The position numbers and the translations under genes are program-made. Below, piece by piece: positions 9,988 through 19,541 of a stretch of DNA of 64,000 nt. Numbering within the stretch: the stretch's first letter is position 1; each line of letters starts with the position of its first letter. Source of the stretch: a virus; the IMG/VR virus record IMGVR_UViG_3300036766_001793, positions 32,001 to 96,000 of that record. One strand, given 5' to 3'. A model generated the notes under the pieces. It was not told the DNA's origin. It was given only the letters and a program-made list of their open reading frames with translations, and searched no databases.

Positions 9988-12918
9988 CTAGGGGAATACC
10001 CTGAACCTCGTGAGGGTGTTGAGGTTGGCCGTGGTGAGCCACATCCCGGCCCCGTCGGAGTAGGCGATGTGGTAGGCGAAGCTGAGGCCAACGTAGTCCG
10101 CCGCGACCTTCGTGACCGACGCGCCGACGTGCTGGCCCTCGGCCGGGTCCCAGTGGTGCCCCTGCACCTGCACCGTCGTCCCGAGGATGGGGACCGGCTG
10201 CCCGTTCGGGTCGGTAGATCCGCCGTCCCAGAGGCCGACCTCGATCGTGACCCTCGACGGCTTCACGCCGAGCTTGTGTTCGATGTTCATCTGGCCGTCT
10301 CCGTTGACCGGAAACCACGACGTCGCGTAGCTGTCGTTCAGGCCCGCCATCCCCTGGGCGGCCATCCTGGCCATCCTGAGAAGCTGCTGGCCTATGCTGG
10401 AGTAGGACTGCCTCGCGAGGGTGTAGGTGGTGATCGTCTCAGGCCACTGGAAGGTCCAGCCATCGATAACGAACTCCTTGGCCTGGGAGGCCTGCCCGGG
10501 GTCGACTATTCCAGCATGCGGGATATAGAGGCCACAGAGAGTGCCTGGGCTCACGACGCCGCCCCACGGGAGGTTAGGCAAGTCAGCCACCGTAACCGAC
10601 CCGCGGTTAAGACCGCCCCTCGTGTTCTCGAGTCCGTCGTGCCCCGAAACCAGGCTGGCATACGCCGAGTCCCTGAGCGAGCGGGCGGTGGTGGCGTCGT
10701 TGCCGTCCTCCTTGGTGGAGTACTCCCACTCCCCGGCCCGACCCTGGTCGCGATTGGGGCTCTCCCTCCTGACCCTGAACCGCCCGTTGGTCGGGTCCCA
10801 CTCCTCCTCCATCTCCTTCACGACGATGGCAGTGCCAGTGAGGTTGTCCTGCTCGTTCTGCTTGCTATTGTCGGAAGCTGCCTCGCCCTTGCCCTGCACC
10901 CTCGACCTAGAGAAGATGTCGAAGCCCTGCTTGTCGAAGCTGTGCTCGATGATGTAGTTCACGTCGCTGCCGTCCGTCACGGCGCTGCCCGGGAAGGGCC
11001 CGTAAGAGAAGAACTTGTTAGAGCTGAGGCTGCCTCGCCTGAAGTACGCTGCCACTTGCCCGTTGTTGCCGACCGTGTCGCATATGATCTGGAATTCCCC
11101 GCCGAACCCGGACCCCTTGGGGAAGTTGTTCTGGTAAAGCCAGAGGGCGTCCACGCTCTTCTCCTCGCCGTCGAGCGGCCCGATGTTTGCCCCGGAGGAG
11201 CTCACGAACCATGGGTCAGACATCGAGAGCTCCCTGATCGCGTCGAGAATGCTGCTCTGCTTTGTCCCCCTCCAGTCGGCCTGGATGCGCCGGCTGTTTG
11301 GGGCCTGGTCGATGATTACCCCCCACAAGCCGGTGCCGGCGCTCGCTATGACATTGAGGGCCAGGTCAGAGATGATGGACATGCGCCGTTCCCCGAAGAC
11401 GCCACTGGGCCCCTTGGACCAGTTGCCGACGTACACCGGATCCCACGGCTTACCGACGAGAGATACGTCGAGGCCGCGGTGGGGCGGCATGGTGAACCAC
11501 TTCCCCTTGTCGACGTAGTTGTCGGCCAGGGCGCCGAGCCAGTCCCTGGCCGTGACCTTCCAAACGCGCCCCATCTGCTCGTCCTCGACGAGCTTCGCCT
11601 CGTCCAGCCTTCCTATGAAGTATTGGCGCGTGTTCAGCCCGGGGACGCTCTCCTGGTCGTCGAGTTCCACCACCCTCAGCTTGATGAACGGGTACCACCG
11701 GTTGAGCGACCCGGGGGCTGGCGCGGCCCCAGACTTGGACAGCTCGAACTTGACCACCGCCGCGGGGTACTGGTTAGTAGTCCCGTAGGCCGCCCCACCG
11801 TGGAGGGCGAGGGCCCGCCCCTTGTCGAAGCCGGACGGCGCGTTGGTCGTCGACACCTTGCTCATGCTCCCGGCGGTGTCCACCTTGACGAGCTTCATCG
11901 GGCTCGTGTGGAGGGCGTAGAGGTAGCCGCTCGACGGGTCGGCGTCGATGGAGAAGATGCCCCTGTCGATGGCCGGCAGCTGGAGCTCGGCCACCTTCGC
12001 CGGCAGGGTGCCCCCGATGTCGAACTTGACCAGGGTCGCCGGGCCAGGCCCGTTCGGGGAGAAGTTGCACGCCACGTACCCGGTCCCGTCGGTGAGGAGG
12101 TCTATGGAGTAGGCGTACTTGAGGGCGTCGAACGGCGCGGTGCCGACGAACGACGGGGAGCCGGCGCCCGCGCTGAGGCCGAACTTGGTGATGGCTATGG
12201 CCCCGCCCTCGCGATTGCCGACCGCGTAGATGGTCTGCCCGAGGCCCCTCATCGCCGTGATCTCGCCCCAGCCGGCGTTCAGGAGGATGGCCCCCGTCTC
12301 CGTTATCCCGGCCCCGTTGACGTCGAACTGGACGAGCCGGGTGTCGGTGGCCACATAGAGCCGGTCGCCGGCCGACGAGGCGATGGAGGGCCCTCCCCCG
12401 CCGGCGAGGGCGCTGACGGTCGCGTGGGCCACCCTGGCCATATCAGACGCCCTAATCTTGACGACCCTGGCCGGGTTTGAGGCGGTGACGGCGTAGACGT
12501 ACTGGCCGTTGCCATCCACAGTGATGGACCTGAACCCCTGCTCCGCCGGGTCGGTAAGCTGCACGGCCGCCACCCTGGTCGGCGGGCCGGCCTGGTTGAG
12601 CCTGACCTTCACCACGGTGCCAGGAGGGCCAAGGCCGGTGGACGTCGTGACATAGGCGAGGCCGGAGTTCTCGTCCACGGCCATCCAGAAGGCGCCGTTC
12701 TCCCCCGGGCCGAGGGTCAGCGCATCGGCCCCCGAGTCGAAGCCTGGCGGGTTGTAGGGGGCCTTCGCGTCCGCGTCCACGTCGGCCGTCACGGTCATCT
12801 CCAGCATCCCCGGCGACGAGTACCCACCGCGCGTGACCTGGAGGCTGATGACGCCCCTGAGGGTGCCGAACACGGTGTTGGTCTCGGCGTCGGCGACCTG
12901 GACCACGGGGATGCCCAT
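9988..12918 (-). CDS. tail tip/baseplate hub protein with inserted beta-propeller
   Basis: follows the Dit-like gene with TGATG coupling; repeated YxYA...PAxxVK blades; hub-like FIGRLD...WKVTARDWL segment. Confidence 0.7.
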   Translation of the reverse strand: MGIPVVQVADAETNTVFGTLRGVISLQVTRGGYSSPGMLEMTVTADVDADAKAPYNPPGFDSGADALTLGPGENGAFWMAVDENSGLAYVTTSTGLGPPGTVVKVRLNQAGPPTRVAAVQLTDPAEQGFRSITVDGNGQYVYAVTASNPARVVKIRASDMARVAHATVSALAGGGGPSIASSAGDRLYVATDTRLVQFDVNGAGITETGAILLNAGWGEITAMRGLGQTIYAVGNREGGAIAITKFGLSAGAGSPSFVGTAPFDALKYAYSIDLLTDGTGYVACNFSPNGPGPATLVKFDIGGTLPAKVAELQLPAIDRGIFSIDADPSSGYLYALHTSPMKLVKVDTAGSMSKVSTTNAPSGFDKGRALALHGGAAYGTTNQYPAAVVKFELSKSGAAPAPGSLNRWYPFIKLRVVELDDQESVPGLNTRQYFIGRLDEAKLVEDEQMGRVWKVTARDWLGALADNYVDKGKWFTMPPHRGLDVSLVGKPWDPVYVGNWSKGPSGVFGERRMSIISDLALNVIASAGTGLWGVIIDQAPNSRRIQADWRGTKQSSILDAIRELSMSDPWFVSSSGANIGPLDGEEKSVDALWLYQNNFPKGSGFGGEFQIICDTVGNNGQVAAYFRRGSLSSNKFFSYGPFPGSAVTDGSDVNYIIEHSFDKQGFDIFSRSRVQGKGEAASDNSKQNEQDNLTGTAIVVKEMEEEWDPTNGRFRVRRESPNRDQGRAGEWEYSTKEDGNDATTARSLRDSAYASLVSGHDGLENTRGGLNRGSVTVADLPNLPWGGVVSPGTLCGLYIPHAGIVDPGQASQAKEFVIDGWTFQWPETITTYTLARQSYSSIGQQLLRMARMAAQGMAGLNDSYATSWFPVNGDGQMNIEHKLGVKPSRVTIEVGLWDGGSTDPNGQPVPILGTTVQVQGHHWDPAEGQHVGASVTKVAADYVGLSFAYHIAYSDGAGMWLTTANLNTLTRFRVFP

Positions 12919-13451
12919 CAGGGGTGCATCCCGACCGGCCAGTAGGTCACCTGAAAGGCCATCTTCCACTCCCACCTGAGGGTGCCACCGACCCGGCTCG
13001 AGTCGAGCCTGATGATGATCCCCTGGAACCACTTTATGCCGCCCTGCCCGGGCCCCATGTCGATGAGGAGCCTGGCCCCGCCGTGCATCCTCAGCAGGCC
13101 GTTCGGCCCGCCGCCGCCGGAGGTCACCGTAGCCCAGTGGGTCCTGACTATCTCCTGAAGATCGGAGATCGACGGCACGAGCGGGTCGAGGTTGTTGTCG
13201 GGGACTATCCCAGAGAGGCTGATCATCTCCTGGGCAGTGCCCAGGTCGAGTGCCCACGCGATCGGCCTGTTCTCCGCCACCGACCTGGCGGTCTGCCGGC
13301 CGGTCGGGAAGGACACGACGACCGGCATCCTCGTGATGTTCATCTGGACCGTCTCGACGAGCAGCTTCAGGGCAGGACCGCCCTGGTACGGGGAGTCGTC
13401 GCTGCCGAGCAGCTGGAGGGTCACCGTGGGGATGATGTCTGGCGCTGCCAT
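12918..13451 (-). CDS. distal tail (Dit-like) protein
   Basis: position after the tape measure; ISLSG...FQGII...WEWKMAF beta-rich pattern. Confidence 0.6.
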   Translation of the reverse strand: MAAPDIIPTVTLQLLGSDDSPYQGGPALKLLVETVQMNITRMPVVVSFPTGRQTARSVAENRPIAWALDLGTAQEMISLSGIVPDNNLDPLVPSISDLQEIVRTHWATVTSGGGGPNGLLRMHGGARLLIDMGPGQGGIKWFQGIIIRLDSSRVGGTLRWEWKMAFQVTYWPVGMHP

Positions 13452-14726
13452 CTAGATGAACAGTCCCCCTAGCCTTTTGAGCCCGCCCACCGCCGTGCCG
13501 AACGGGGTTCTGCCGCCGCCGAGCGCCTGGATGACCCTGGCCGTCTGCGGGATTGACCGCCCGGCAAGCACGTACCCGGTCCTCTTCTCTATCTGCTCCA
13601 CGGCCTGGTTGACCGAGGCCCCGTAGTCCCCCCCGCCGGCGAAGCTGTTGTTCTGGGTGAAGTTGATGGTGTTATTCGAGTTAACCATGGACACCCCACC
13701 ACCTAAGACGCCCTGCTGCTGGGCTTGCTGCTTGTTCTTCATCCAGGCCATGCCACCCTCGGCAAAAGCGCCGATGCCAGCCCCAATAGCAGTACCCCAT
13801 CCCGGCATAATCATAGACCCTATAGCGCCACCTTCAATAGCGCCCTTACCAGCAGCTGCCAAGACATTCGTCTTCTTCTGACCTACTCCGACCATTGGAA
13901 GCGCAGTCTGAAGTATGCCCTCCGCCGCCTGACCTCCGAAATAGCCAATCATAGCTTTCTGGCCAATAGTACCCATGAGACCGCCCTTCCCAGCTGTTGG
14001 GATGCCGATCATGGCCTCCTCGGCTTTGGCAGCCTTGCCGCCTATCCCGAACATTCTAAATCCTAGCCCCACCAAACCCTCTCCGGCTCTCACAACACGC
14101 CCGAGAAGAGGGAAGTTCCTAGCAAAGAGATAGCCTAAGGCTAGGGTTCCAGCGGTGGCCGCGGCGGCCGTCGGGTTGGTCACCGCCTCCTTCACGGTCG
14201 CCTTGACCGCGTCCGCTATCAGGGACCCGACCTTACCGAAGTCAAGGTCCTTGATGGCCCTCAGCATCTCTATGAGCCACCTAGCCATGGCAGCTATGTT
14301 CTTCGCCACCTCCTCCATGATCTTGGTCATCTTCTCCAGGTACCCTGACGAGATGAGCCACATGATCAGCTTGGAGATGCCGACCATGAGGAGGTTGAAC
14401 AGTGGGATGAACGGGATCAGGAGGATGTCGATCGCGGCGCCGAACATCTTCCCCATGGCGCCCATGTAGGTGTTGGCTACGGCGCTGTTCTTGAGGATCC
14501 CGCCGAGGGCCTTCTCTATCCCGAAGAGGAGGGCGAGGGGCTTGAAGATGCCCTGCCCACCGGCCCCCGGGGGGACTCCCCCCTGGCCGGCGCCCGCGCC
14601 GGCGGACGCGCCGCCGAGCGCCGCCCCGGCCGGGCCGCCGACGCCCTGGGACGCGAGGAGGCGCCTCAGGTCTGAGGTGTCCACCTTCATCGTGAAGACG
14701 AGGTCCTGGGCGCTGGGCTGGGTCAT
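13452..14726 (-). CDS. tape measure protein (short, 424 aa)
   Basis: follows the chaperone pair; Ala/Gly-rich, amphipathic and hydrophobic helices, glycine zipper. Confidence 0.75.
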   Translation of the reverse strand: MTQPSAQDLVFTMKVDTSDLRRLLASQGVGGPAGAALGGASAGAGAGQGGVPPGAGGQGIFKPLALLFGIEKALGGILKNSAVANTYMGAMGKMFGAAIDILLIPFIPLFNLLMVGISKLIMWLISSGYLEKMTKIMEEVAKNIAAMARWLIEMLRAIKDLDFGKVGSLIADAVKATVKEAVTNPTAAAATAGTLALGYLFARNFPLLGRVVRAGEGLVGLGFRMFGIGGKAAKAEEAMIGIPTAGKGGLMGTIGQKAMIGYFGGQAAEGILQTALPMVGVGQKKTNVLAAAGKGAIEGGAIGSMIMPGWGTAIGAGIGAFAEGGMAWMKNKQQAQQQGVLGGGVSMVNSNNTINFTQNNSFAGGGDYGASVNQAVEQIEKRTGYVLAGRSIPQTARVIQALGGGRTPFGTAVGGLKRLGGLFI

Positions 14727-14932
14727 CTGCTGTAGGCCTCAGATTTCATTTTGACGCGTTCGTTCGCCACCACGAACCACCTGAGCACCGTCTGCTCGTC
14801 GGGAGCGCCCTCGATGGCCGGCCACGGGATCCCGCCCTCCAGGAGGACCGCCTCCACGTGGGCCCTCCACAGGTCCTCGTCGGCCATCTGCGCGTCTCTG
14901 TCCCCTAGGAGGAGCTCCCGGTACCTTTTCCC
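14723..14932 (-). CDS. tail assembly chaperone, -1 frameshift extension (gpT-like)
   Basis: the -1 frame after the slippery site reads GKRYRELLLGDRDAQMADEDLWRAH... and ends in an ATGA overlap with the TMP. Confidence 0.75.
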   Translation of the reverse strand, partial: GKRYRELLLGDRDAQMADEDLWRAHVEAVLLEGGIPWPAIEGAPDEQTVLRWFVVANERVKMKSEAYSR

Positions 14933-15360
14933 ATCTCTGCAACCCCGGCGGAGCTGAACGGGTCTGGGATGATGGCGTCGAACTGGGCTCCGACCGCCTC
15001 CGGGAAGCGCTCGATGACGCTCTCGGACATGGCGAACGGGCAGGCCGTGACCATCTCCACGAGGGCCTTCTTCTTGTAGACGTCGAGGTGGAACACGGCC
15101 TTGACTATGGACGCCCCGGTCTGGGGGTTGGTGTCGGAGGCGTACTCGGTCGCGGCCGACACCGCCCGGCTCTTGCCGGTCCAAGTGAGCGGCCTCCAGC
15201 GGACCTCGAAGGATACCTCGTCGTTCACCGCGATGGTGAGCGGCTCGCCCTCCTCCGCCCCGGCCTCGAGGATGGCGGCCAGGATCTCCTGGCCGCTCCT
15301 GTCGATGCGTGGGAGGCCCTGCGCTGCGGGCCTCGCCGCGCGGCTTCTCTGTGCGGTCAT
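14905..15360 (-). CDS. tail assembly chaperone (gpG-like)
   Basis: between tail tube and TMP; carries the slippery site. Confidence 0.8.
   Translation of the reverse strand: MTAQRSRAARPAAQGLPRIDRSGQEILAAILEAGAEEGEPLTIAVNDEVSFEVRWRPLTWTGKSRAVSAATEYASDTNPQTGASIVKAVFHLDVYKKKALVEMVTACPFAMSESVIERFPEAVGAQFDAIIPDPFSSAGVAEMGKGTGSSS
14926..14932 (-). promoter_or_regulatory. programmed -1 ribosomal frameshift slippery heptamer G GGA AAA
   Basis: ATG GGA AAA GGT near the chaperone 3' end; X XXY YYZ pattern in the canonical position. Confidence 0.85.
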
Positions 15361-15386
15361 GTGCGTACCTCTCTGGTGGGGCCCTT

Positions 15387-16454
15387 CTACGGGACCTGGA
15401 TGCTGACCGTGTCCACGTCCACCTGCCAGGACGACGGGAACAGGCCCGTCGGGGGCCCGGGGACGCTGATCTTGCCGCCGGTGACGATGGCCCCCGGCTT
15501 GCCGGTTTGCGAGAAGACCCCGCCGGCCGTGATGACGAGGCTCCCCGCGCCCTCCCCGGGGGTGAGGTCGAACTGGGCCCTGATGGTGCCGCCGACGCTC
15601 GGGCCGGCCGTCCCGCCTATGCCGCCGCCGCTGGCCCCCTCGTTCATGAGGGCCCTGAACAGGACAAGGTCGGTCCCCTTGTCGACCACGTCCACCTCGA
15701 GCTCCATCGTGTACCGGCGCTTCCCCTCCACCAGGTCGGTGAGGACCTGGGTCATGGCCCCATTGGGGTTGCCTGACGCCCTGCAGAGGTAGTACCTCGG
15801 CTCGAGCTGGTTGTCAATCGAGAGGGAGATCCTCCTGACGCGGCAGAGCTGCTGGTCGAAGACCGTGATGGTGGCACCGGCGAAGACGAACCTGCCACCG
15901 AAGCCCGGGCCCGGGTCTGCGGCCTCGGAGGGCGACCCGAATTTGGAGACCCCGCTGAGGTTGTGGGAGGTGTCCTTGAAGATCATCTCGTCGATCGAGA
16001 GGCGGAGCTCCTCCCCCTCGGCCGCCGACAGGGTCATCCTGTTGATCTTCCCGCCGTGGTAGTCGCGGATGAAGGTGTACTGCCCGTCCGTGTCCCTCAT
16101 CGCGATCTGCATCATGAGGGACGGGATCCTGCCGTCGTGGGCCGTTATCCCCTCGCTGACGGTCCCCGCCGAGAACCTGCCGAACGCCAGCTCGAGCAGC
16201 TCGCCGAGCGCATCGGAGTCCCTGATCTTGATGTCCGGGATCGATCCCGTGAGCTTCCACCGCCCGCGGAGCATGTCGCCGCGGTTGCGGTCTGTGCCGA
16301 CGCCGAAGAACGGGTACCACTCCTGCTCCGGGTCAGGGGCGCTTACGGTCTCGTGCAGCCCGAACCTCTTGTTCGGGATTTGGGCCCCTGTCCCGCCGAA
16401 GACGGATTCCTTTATCCAGGTGACAAGACAGTTTTCCGTACGATAGATTGCCAC
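15387..16454 (-). CDS. major tail (tube) protein
   Basis: ESVFG, GGKINRMTLS, ISLSIDNQLE, GKRRYTMEL pattern of siphovirus tube proteins; GAGGGG SD before GTG 16454. Confidence 0.8.
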   Translation of the reverse strand: MAIYRTENCLVTWIKESVFGGTGAQIPNKRFGLHETVSAPDPEQEWYPFFGVGTDRNRGDMLRGRWKLTGSIPDIKIRDSDALGELLELAFGRFSAGTVSEGITAHDGRIPSLMMQIAMRDTDGQYTFIRDYHGGKINRMTLSAAEGEELRLSIDEMIFKDTSHNLSGVSKFGSPSEAADPGPGFGGRFVFAGATITVFDQQLCRVRRISLSIDNQLEPRYYLCRASGNPNGAMTQVLTDLVEGKRRYTMELEVDVVDKGTDLVLFRALMNEGASGGGIGGTAGPSVGGTIRAQFDLTPGEGAGSLVITAGGVFSQTGKPGAIVTGGKISVPGPPTGLFPSSWQVDVDTVSIQVP

Positions 16455-16475
16455 AGCGCCCCCTCGGATCACATC

Positions 16476-16715
16476 CTAGCCGGGGGACAGCCCCGCGGGA
16501 GCCCGTGGCGGCCTCGTCGCGGCCAGCAGCGACTCGATGGTCGTCCCGGTGCCGGCGATCTCGCACAGGGTCCCGCAGTAGGTCATCTTGAGGGACCCGG
16601 AGGTGGACTTGCGCCAGTCGTACGCAGTCCCGCACCTGAGGCAGGCCCTGATGTGGCCACCCGCCGGGCGCTCGGCGTTCCCGGCGGTCTGGCAGTCTCT
16701 GGTTGCGGTGACCAT
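16476..16715 (-). CDS. small Zn-finger protein inserted in the tail operon
   Basis: CLRCG..YDWRKS...MTYCGTLCE; own CATAAT box and GAGG SD. Confidence 0.6.
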   Translation of the reverse strand: MVTATRDCQTAGNAERPAGGHIRACLRCGTAYDWRKSTSGSLKMTYCGTLCEIAGTGTTIESLLAATRPPRAPAGLSPG

Positions 16716-16788
16716 GGCCTCACCCCTCAGCGTCCTTGCTCCGATTATGCCCGCTGGCGTCCGTGCCGAGGGCCCGCTTACAGGATAC

Positions 16789-17352
16789 CTAGACGCCCCC
16801 CGGGAACTGGCCGGGGTCCGTCGAAGGAGATTCTTCTCCACCCACCCGGCGCTTGAAGACGGGGACGGCCCCGGCGGTCAGCCTGATCCTCATGATCCCG
16901 CTGAAGTTCTTGGGCCCGAGGTAGTCCGGCTGGAACCCGTCGAAGTAGAGGCTGTGGTAGGGCTGGAGGGCCAGGATCCACCGGTAGACGATCCGCCTGC
17001 ACTCGGCCATGAGGTTCCACATGCGCTGCCTGGAGTGCACGGACCGGACCGTTATGCCGATGGACACCTCGACGTCCACGAACTCGTGCCGGTGGCCCGT
17101 GAACCGGTCCTCGTAGTTCTCCACCTCCACCACCAGGGCGTCGCCCCGGGCGAGGTCGGCCTGCATGGCCTCGTCCTTGACGAGGAACCTCGGCGTCGGG
17201 GCGGCCTCCGTGGCGAGCCACTCCCGCTGGAGCAGGTCCCTGACGAGCTCGTCAGGGACCACCTCGTTGCCGGCCGCCTGGAGGGACAGGGTCGGGATCG
17301 GGTAGGAGTTGTCCCTGATCTGGGTGTCCGGGGCTCCGTCCACGTCTGGCAT
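16789..17352 (-). CDS. tail terminator/completion protein
   Basis: position before the tube; size and alpha/beta pattern. Confidence 0.6.
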   Translation of the reverse strand: MPDVDGAPDTQIRDNSYPIPTLSLQAAGNEVVPDELVRDLLQREWLATEAAPTPRFLVKDEAMQADLARGDALVVEVENYEDRFTGHRHEFVDVEVSIGITVRSVHSRQRMWNLMAECRRIVYRWILALQPYHSLYFDGFQPDYLGPKNFSGIMRIRLTAGAVPVFKRRVGGEESPSTDPGQFPGGV

Positions 17353-17361
17353 CGTCCTACC

Positions 17362-18465
17362 TCACGCGATGAGCGGCATGCGGAGCTCGTCCGCCCGCTC
17401 GATGCTCTGCTCGATGTACTGCCGGGCCTTGTCCGGCTTCGGGACCGCGTCGGGGTTGTTCACGAGGACGGCCGTCCAGTCCTGCATCAGGACGATGTCG
17501 GCCGCGGTCCTCTTGACGACGATGTCCGCGACCTGCTCCCGCTTCTCGCTCACGTCGAAGTCCTCACCGTACACGTAGTCCATCTCCACTGAGCCCGGGA
17601 GCCTGAGGTACCTGCTGGAGATGCTGGCCCACGGGAGGCCGCGGCCGAGGGCGATCCTGGTGAAGTAAATCATCGAGTTGTCGGACAGGTAGAAGTCCCT
17701 CTGCCGGCCCTCGAAGAGCTCGGTCGCCGTGGTCCCGCCGGTCCACACCGACACCCGGGAGACGAACCAGACCGGGTGCATCCTCAGGAGCATCCCGTAC
17801 GGGTTGAGGGTCGCCCTCTCGTTGTAGACGGTCCTCATCCTCCAGGCGCGCCTGGTGTACACGTCGAGCCAGTCCTCGTTGGCCCGGATCCTCTTGCGGA
17901 CGAAGGACTGGAGCGGGTCGTTCACCTCGGTGAACTCCGGTAGGCCCATGAACTGGGCGACCTCCTGGTGGCTCGCGTAGGTGTTGTAGAGCGACGGGAG
18001 CGCCCTGGCTATCGTGAGGGACGTGGGGCCCCCGTTGACGAGCCTCACCCAGTAGAGGGTGGGGGTCGACGGCGGCTCGGCCCCGTACTCCGGGAACTCC
18101 GCGCCCGCCACCTTCAGTGTCCAGAGCCACTGCGAGGTCCCCCAGTAGGCCACCCCCGGCCTCTTGAAGGAGAACCCGGCGGGGACGAGGGCGTGCCCGC
18201 CCTGCCCGATCTGGTCGACCCTCTCCTGGAGGGGGAGCCTCTTCCACTCGCCGGTCGCCCCGTCGTAGGTCTCGACCCGCATCTGCGGGTTCCCGTCCGG
18301 GGCCAGGTCGACCTGCAGGTAGAGCCCGCTGATCCAGTCCTGGTGCCCCACGTAGAGGGCGTCGCCCTGGGCCAGGGTGGCCGGGGCGCTCCCGTCGCCC
18401 AGGGACTGCGTGACGTCGGCCAGGGCGGCCCCGTCCCACTTCCATAGGGCATCTGCGCGTCTCAT
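17362..18465 (-). CDS. head-tail adaptor with N-terminal beta-sandwich extension
   Basis: YASHQEVAQFMG...WLDVYTRRAW...VEMDYVYG adaptor pattern. Confidence 0.7.
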   Translation of the reverse strand: MRRADALWKWDGAALADVTQSLGDGSAPATLAQGDALYVGHQDWISGLYLQVDLAPDGNPQMRVETYDGATGEWKRLPLQERVDQIGQGGHALVPAGFSFKRPGVAYWGTSQWLWTLKVAGAEFPEYGAEPPSTPTLYWVRLVNGGPTSLTIARALPSLYNTYASHQEVAQFMGLPEFTEVNDPLQSFVRKRIRANEDWLDVYTRRAWRMRTVYNERATLNPYGMLLRMHPVWFVSRVSVWTGGTTATELFEGRQRDFYLSDNSMIYFTRIALGRGLPWASISSRYLRLPGSVEMDYVYGEDFDVSEKREQVADIVVKRTAADIVLMQDWTAVLVNNPDAVPKPDKARQYIEQSIERADELRMPLIA

Positions 18466-18469
18466 CTCG

Positions 18470-18967
18470 TTAGTGAACCTCTCCGTACACGCCGAATGTG
18501 AATGCCGCGCCGCCCGCGTCGGTGAGAGTCGCCCGCAATCGGATCAGGTCTCCGGCCCATGCGCCTGGAGTCGCCCCGGCGCCCACATCATTCGTCACGT
18601 TGGCGTAAGTCGCAGCCGTGCCCGCCGAGCACGCGAGCGCCTGGTAGGGGACACTTGTAGTCCCGAGAATCTGGACGAAATGAATGACATTGAACCATGA
18701 GCCCCCCTCGTCCATCGATGAGTCGACATAGAGATCGAGCTTGTCCCCGGCGGCGGCCGCCGCCGCGGTGATCACCAAATAGATGTGCAGCTGCTGCCAG
18801 CCTCCCAGTGGGAGCTTGATCGTATTGATGATGGTGTTCGTGCCGAGGCCCACTGGCATCAAGGCGGTCTCATACAGGACGAAATCACGTCCTATGAGCA
18901 CGCGTAAAGATTCGCGCGAGGTCTGGTCATCTTCCCCATAGATCACTTGATCGAGTGTCGTTTTCAT
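18470..18967 (-). CDS. virion beta-sandwich protein, paralog A
   Basis: aligns by eye with 18968..19465 over its full length; lower GC. Confidence 0.7.
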   Translation of the reverse strand: MKTTLDQVIYGEDDQTSRESLRVLIGRDFVLYETALMPVGLGTNTIINTIKLPLGGWQQLHIYLVITAAAAAAGDKLDLYVDSSMDEGGSWFNVIHFVQILGTTSVPYQALACSAGTAATYANVTNDVGAGATPGAWAGDLIRLRATLTDAGGAAFTFGVYGEVH

Positions 18968-19465
18968 CTAGTGAATGCTCCCATACACGCCAAATGAAAA
19001 CTGGGCGAGCGTGCTGTCATTCACGAAGGTGGCCCGCAGTCTGAGGGCGTTTCCACACCAGTTAGCAGGTGGTACTCCGGCCGCGATGTTGCCGCTGACG
19101 TTCGCGTAGCTCCCGGATCCCATCTGCGATACCACCAGGTTCTTGAGTGGCACCACCATGTTGCCCTTTAGCTGGTTGAAGTGGACGAGATTGTACCAGT
19201 GGACGTCATCTATCATGCTATCGACGTAAAGATCGAGCGTGTCCGCCACCGTGCTGGCCGCCGCGGTGACACGCAGATAGAGGTGGAGCTGCTCCCAAGA
19301 TTTCTCCGGAATACGAATGACATGAATGATCGAGTTCGTGCCGAGGCCTGCCGGCATCGGTTCCGTCTCGTACAGGGCGAATTTCATGCCGAGCAATTTC
19401 CGAGTGGCACCTCTTTCCATGTCATCGATTTCTCGATAGATGGCCTGGTCCACGTTTCTAGTCAC
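18968..19465 (-). CDS. virion beta-sandwich protein, paralog B
   Basis: GGAGG upstream of GTG 19465 gives 165 aa, the same length as paralog A. Confidence 0.7.
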   Translation of the reverse strand: MTRNVDQAIYREIDDMERGATRKLLGMKFALYETEPMPAGLGTNSIIHVIRIPEKSWEQLHLYLRVTAAASTVADTLDLYVDSMIDDVHWYNLVHFNQLKGNMVVPLKNLVVSQMGSGSYANVSGNIAAGVPPANWCGNALRLRATFVNDSTLAQFSFGVYGSIH

Positions 19466-19481
19466 GATGCCTAAAACCTCC

Positions 19482-19523
19482 AAAAACGAAAGAGGGACCG
19501 GAAATCGAATCCAATCCCCCTTT
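19482..19523 (-). terminator. intrinsic terminator
   Basis: AAGGGGGATTGGA/TCCGGTCCCTCTT hairpin followed by TCGTTTTT. Confidence 0.65.
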
Positions 19524-19541
19524 TCCTTTCGGCTCGCCGGT

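Noticed and set aside
12919-13257. N-terminal extensions in the ORF track (also 37528..37611, 30354..30422, 63072..63224)
   Set aside because: They overlap upstream genes or tRNAs; coupled or leaderless starts downstream fit better.
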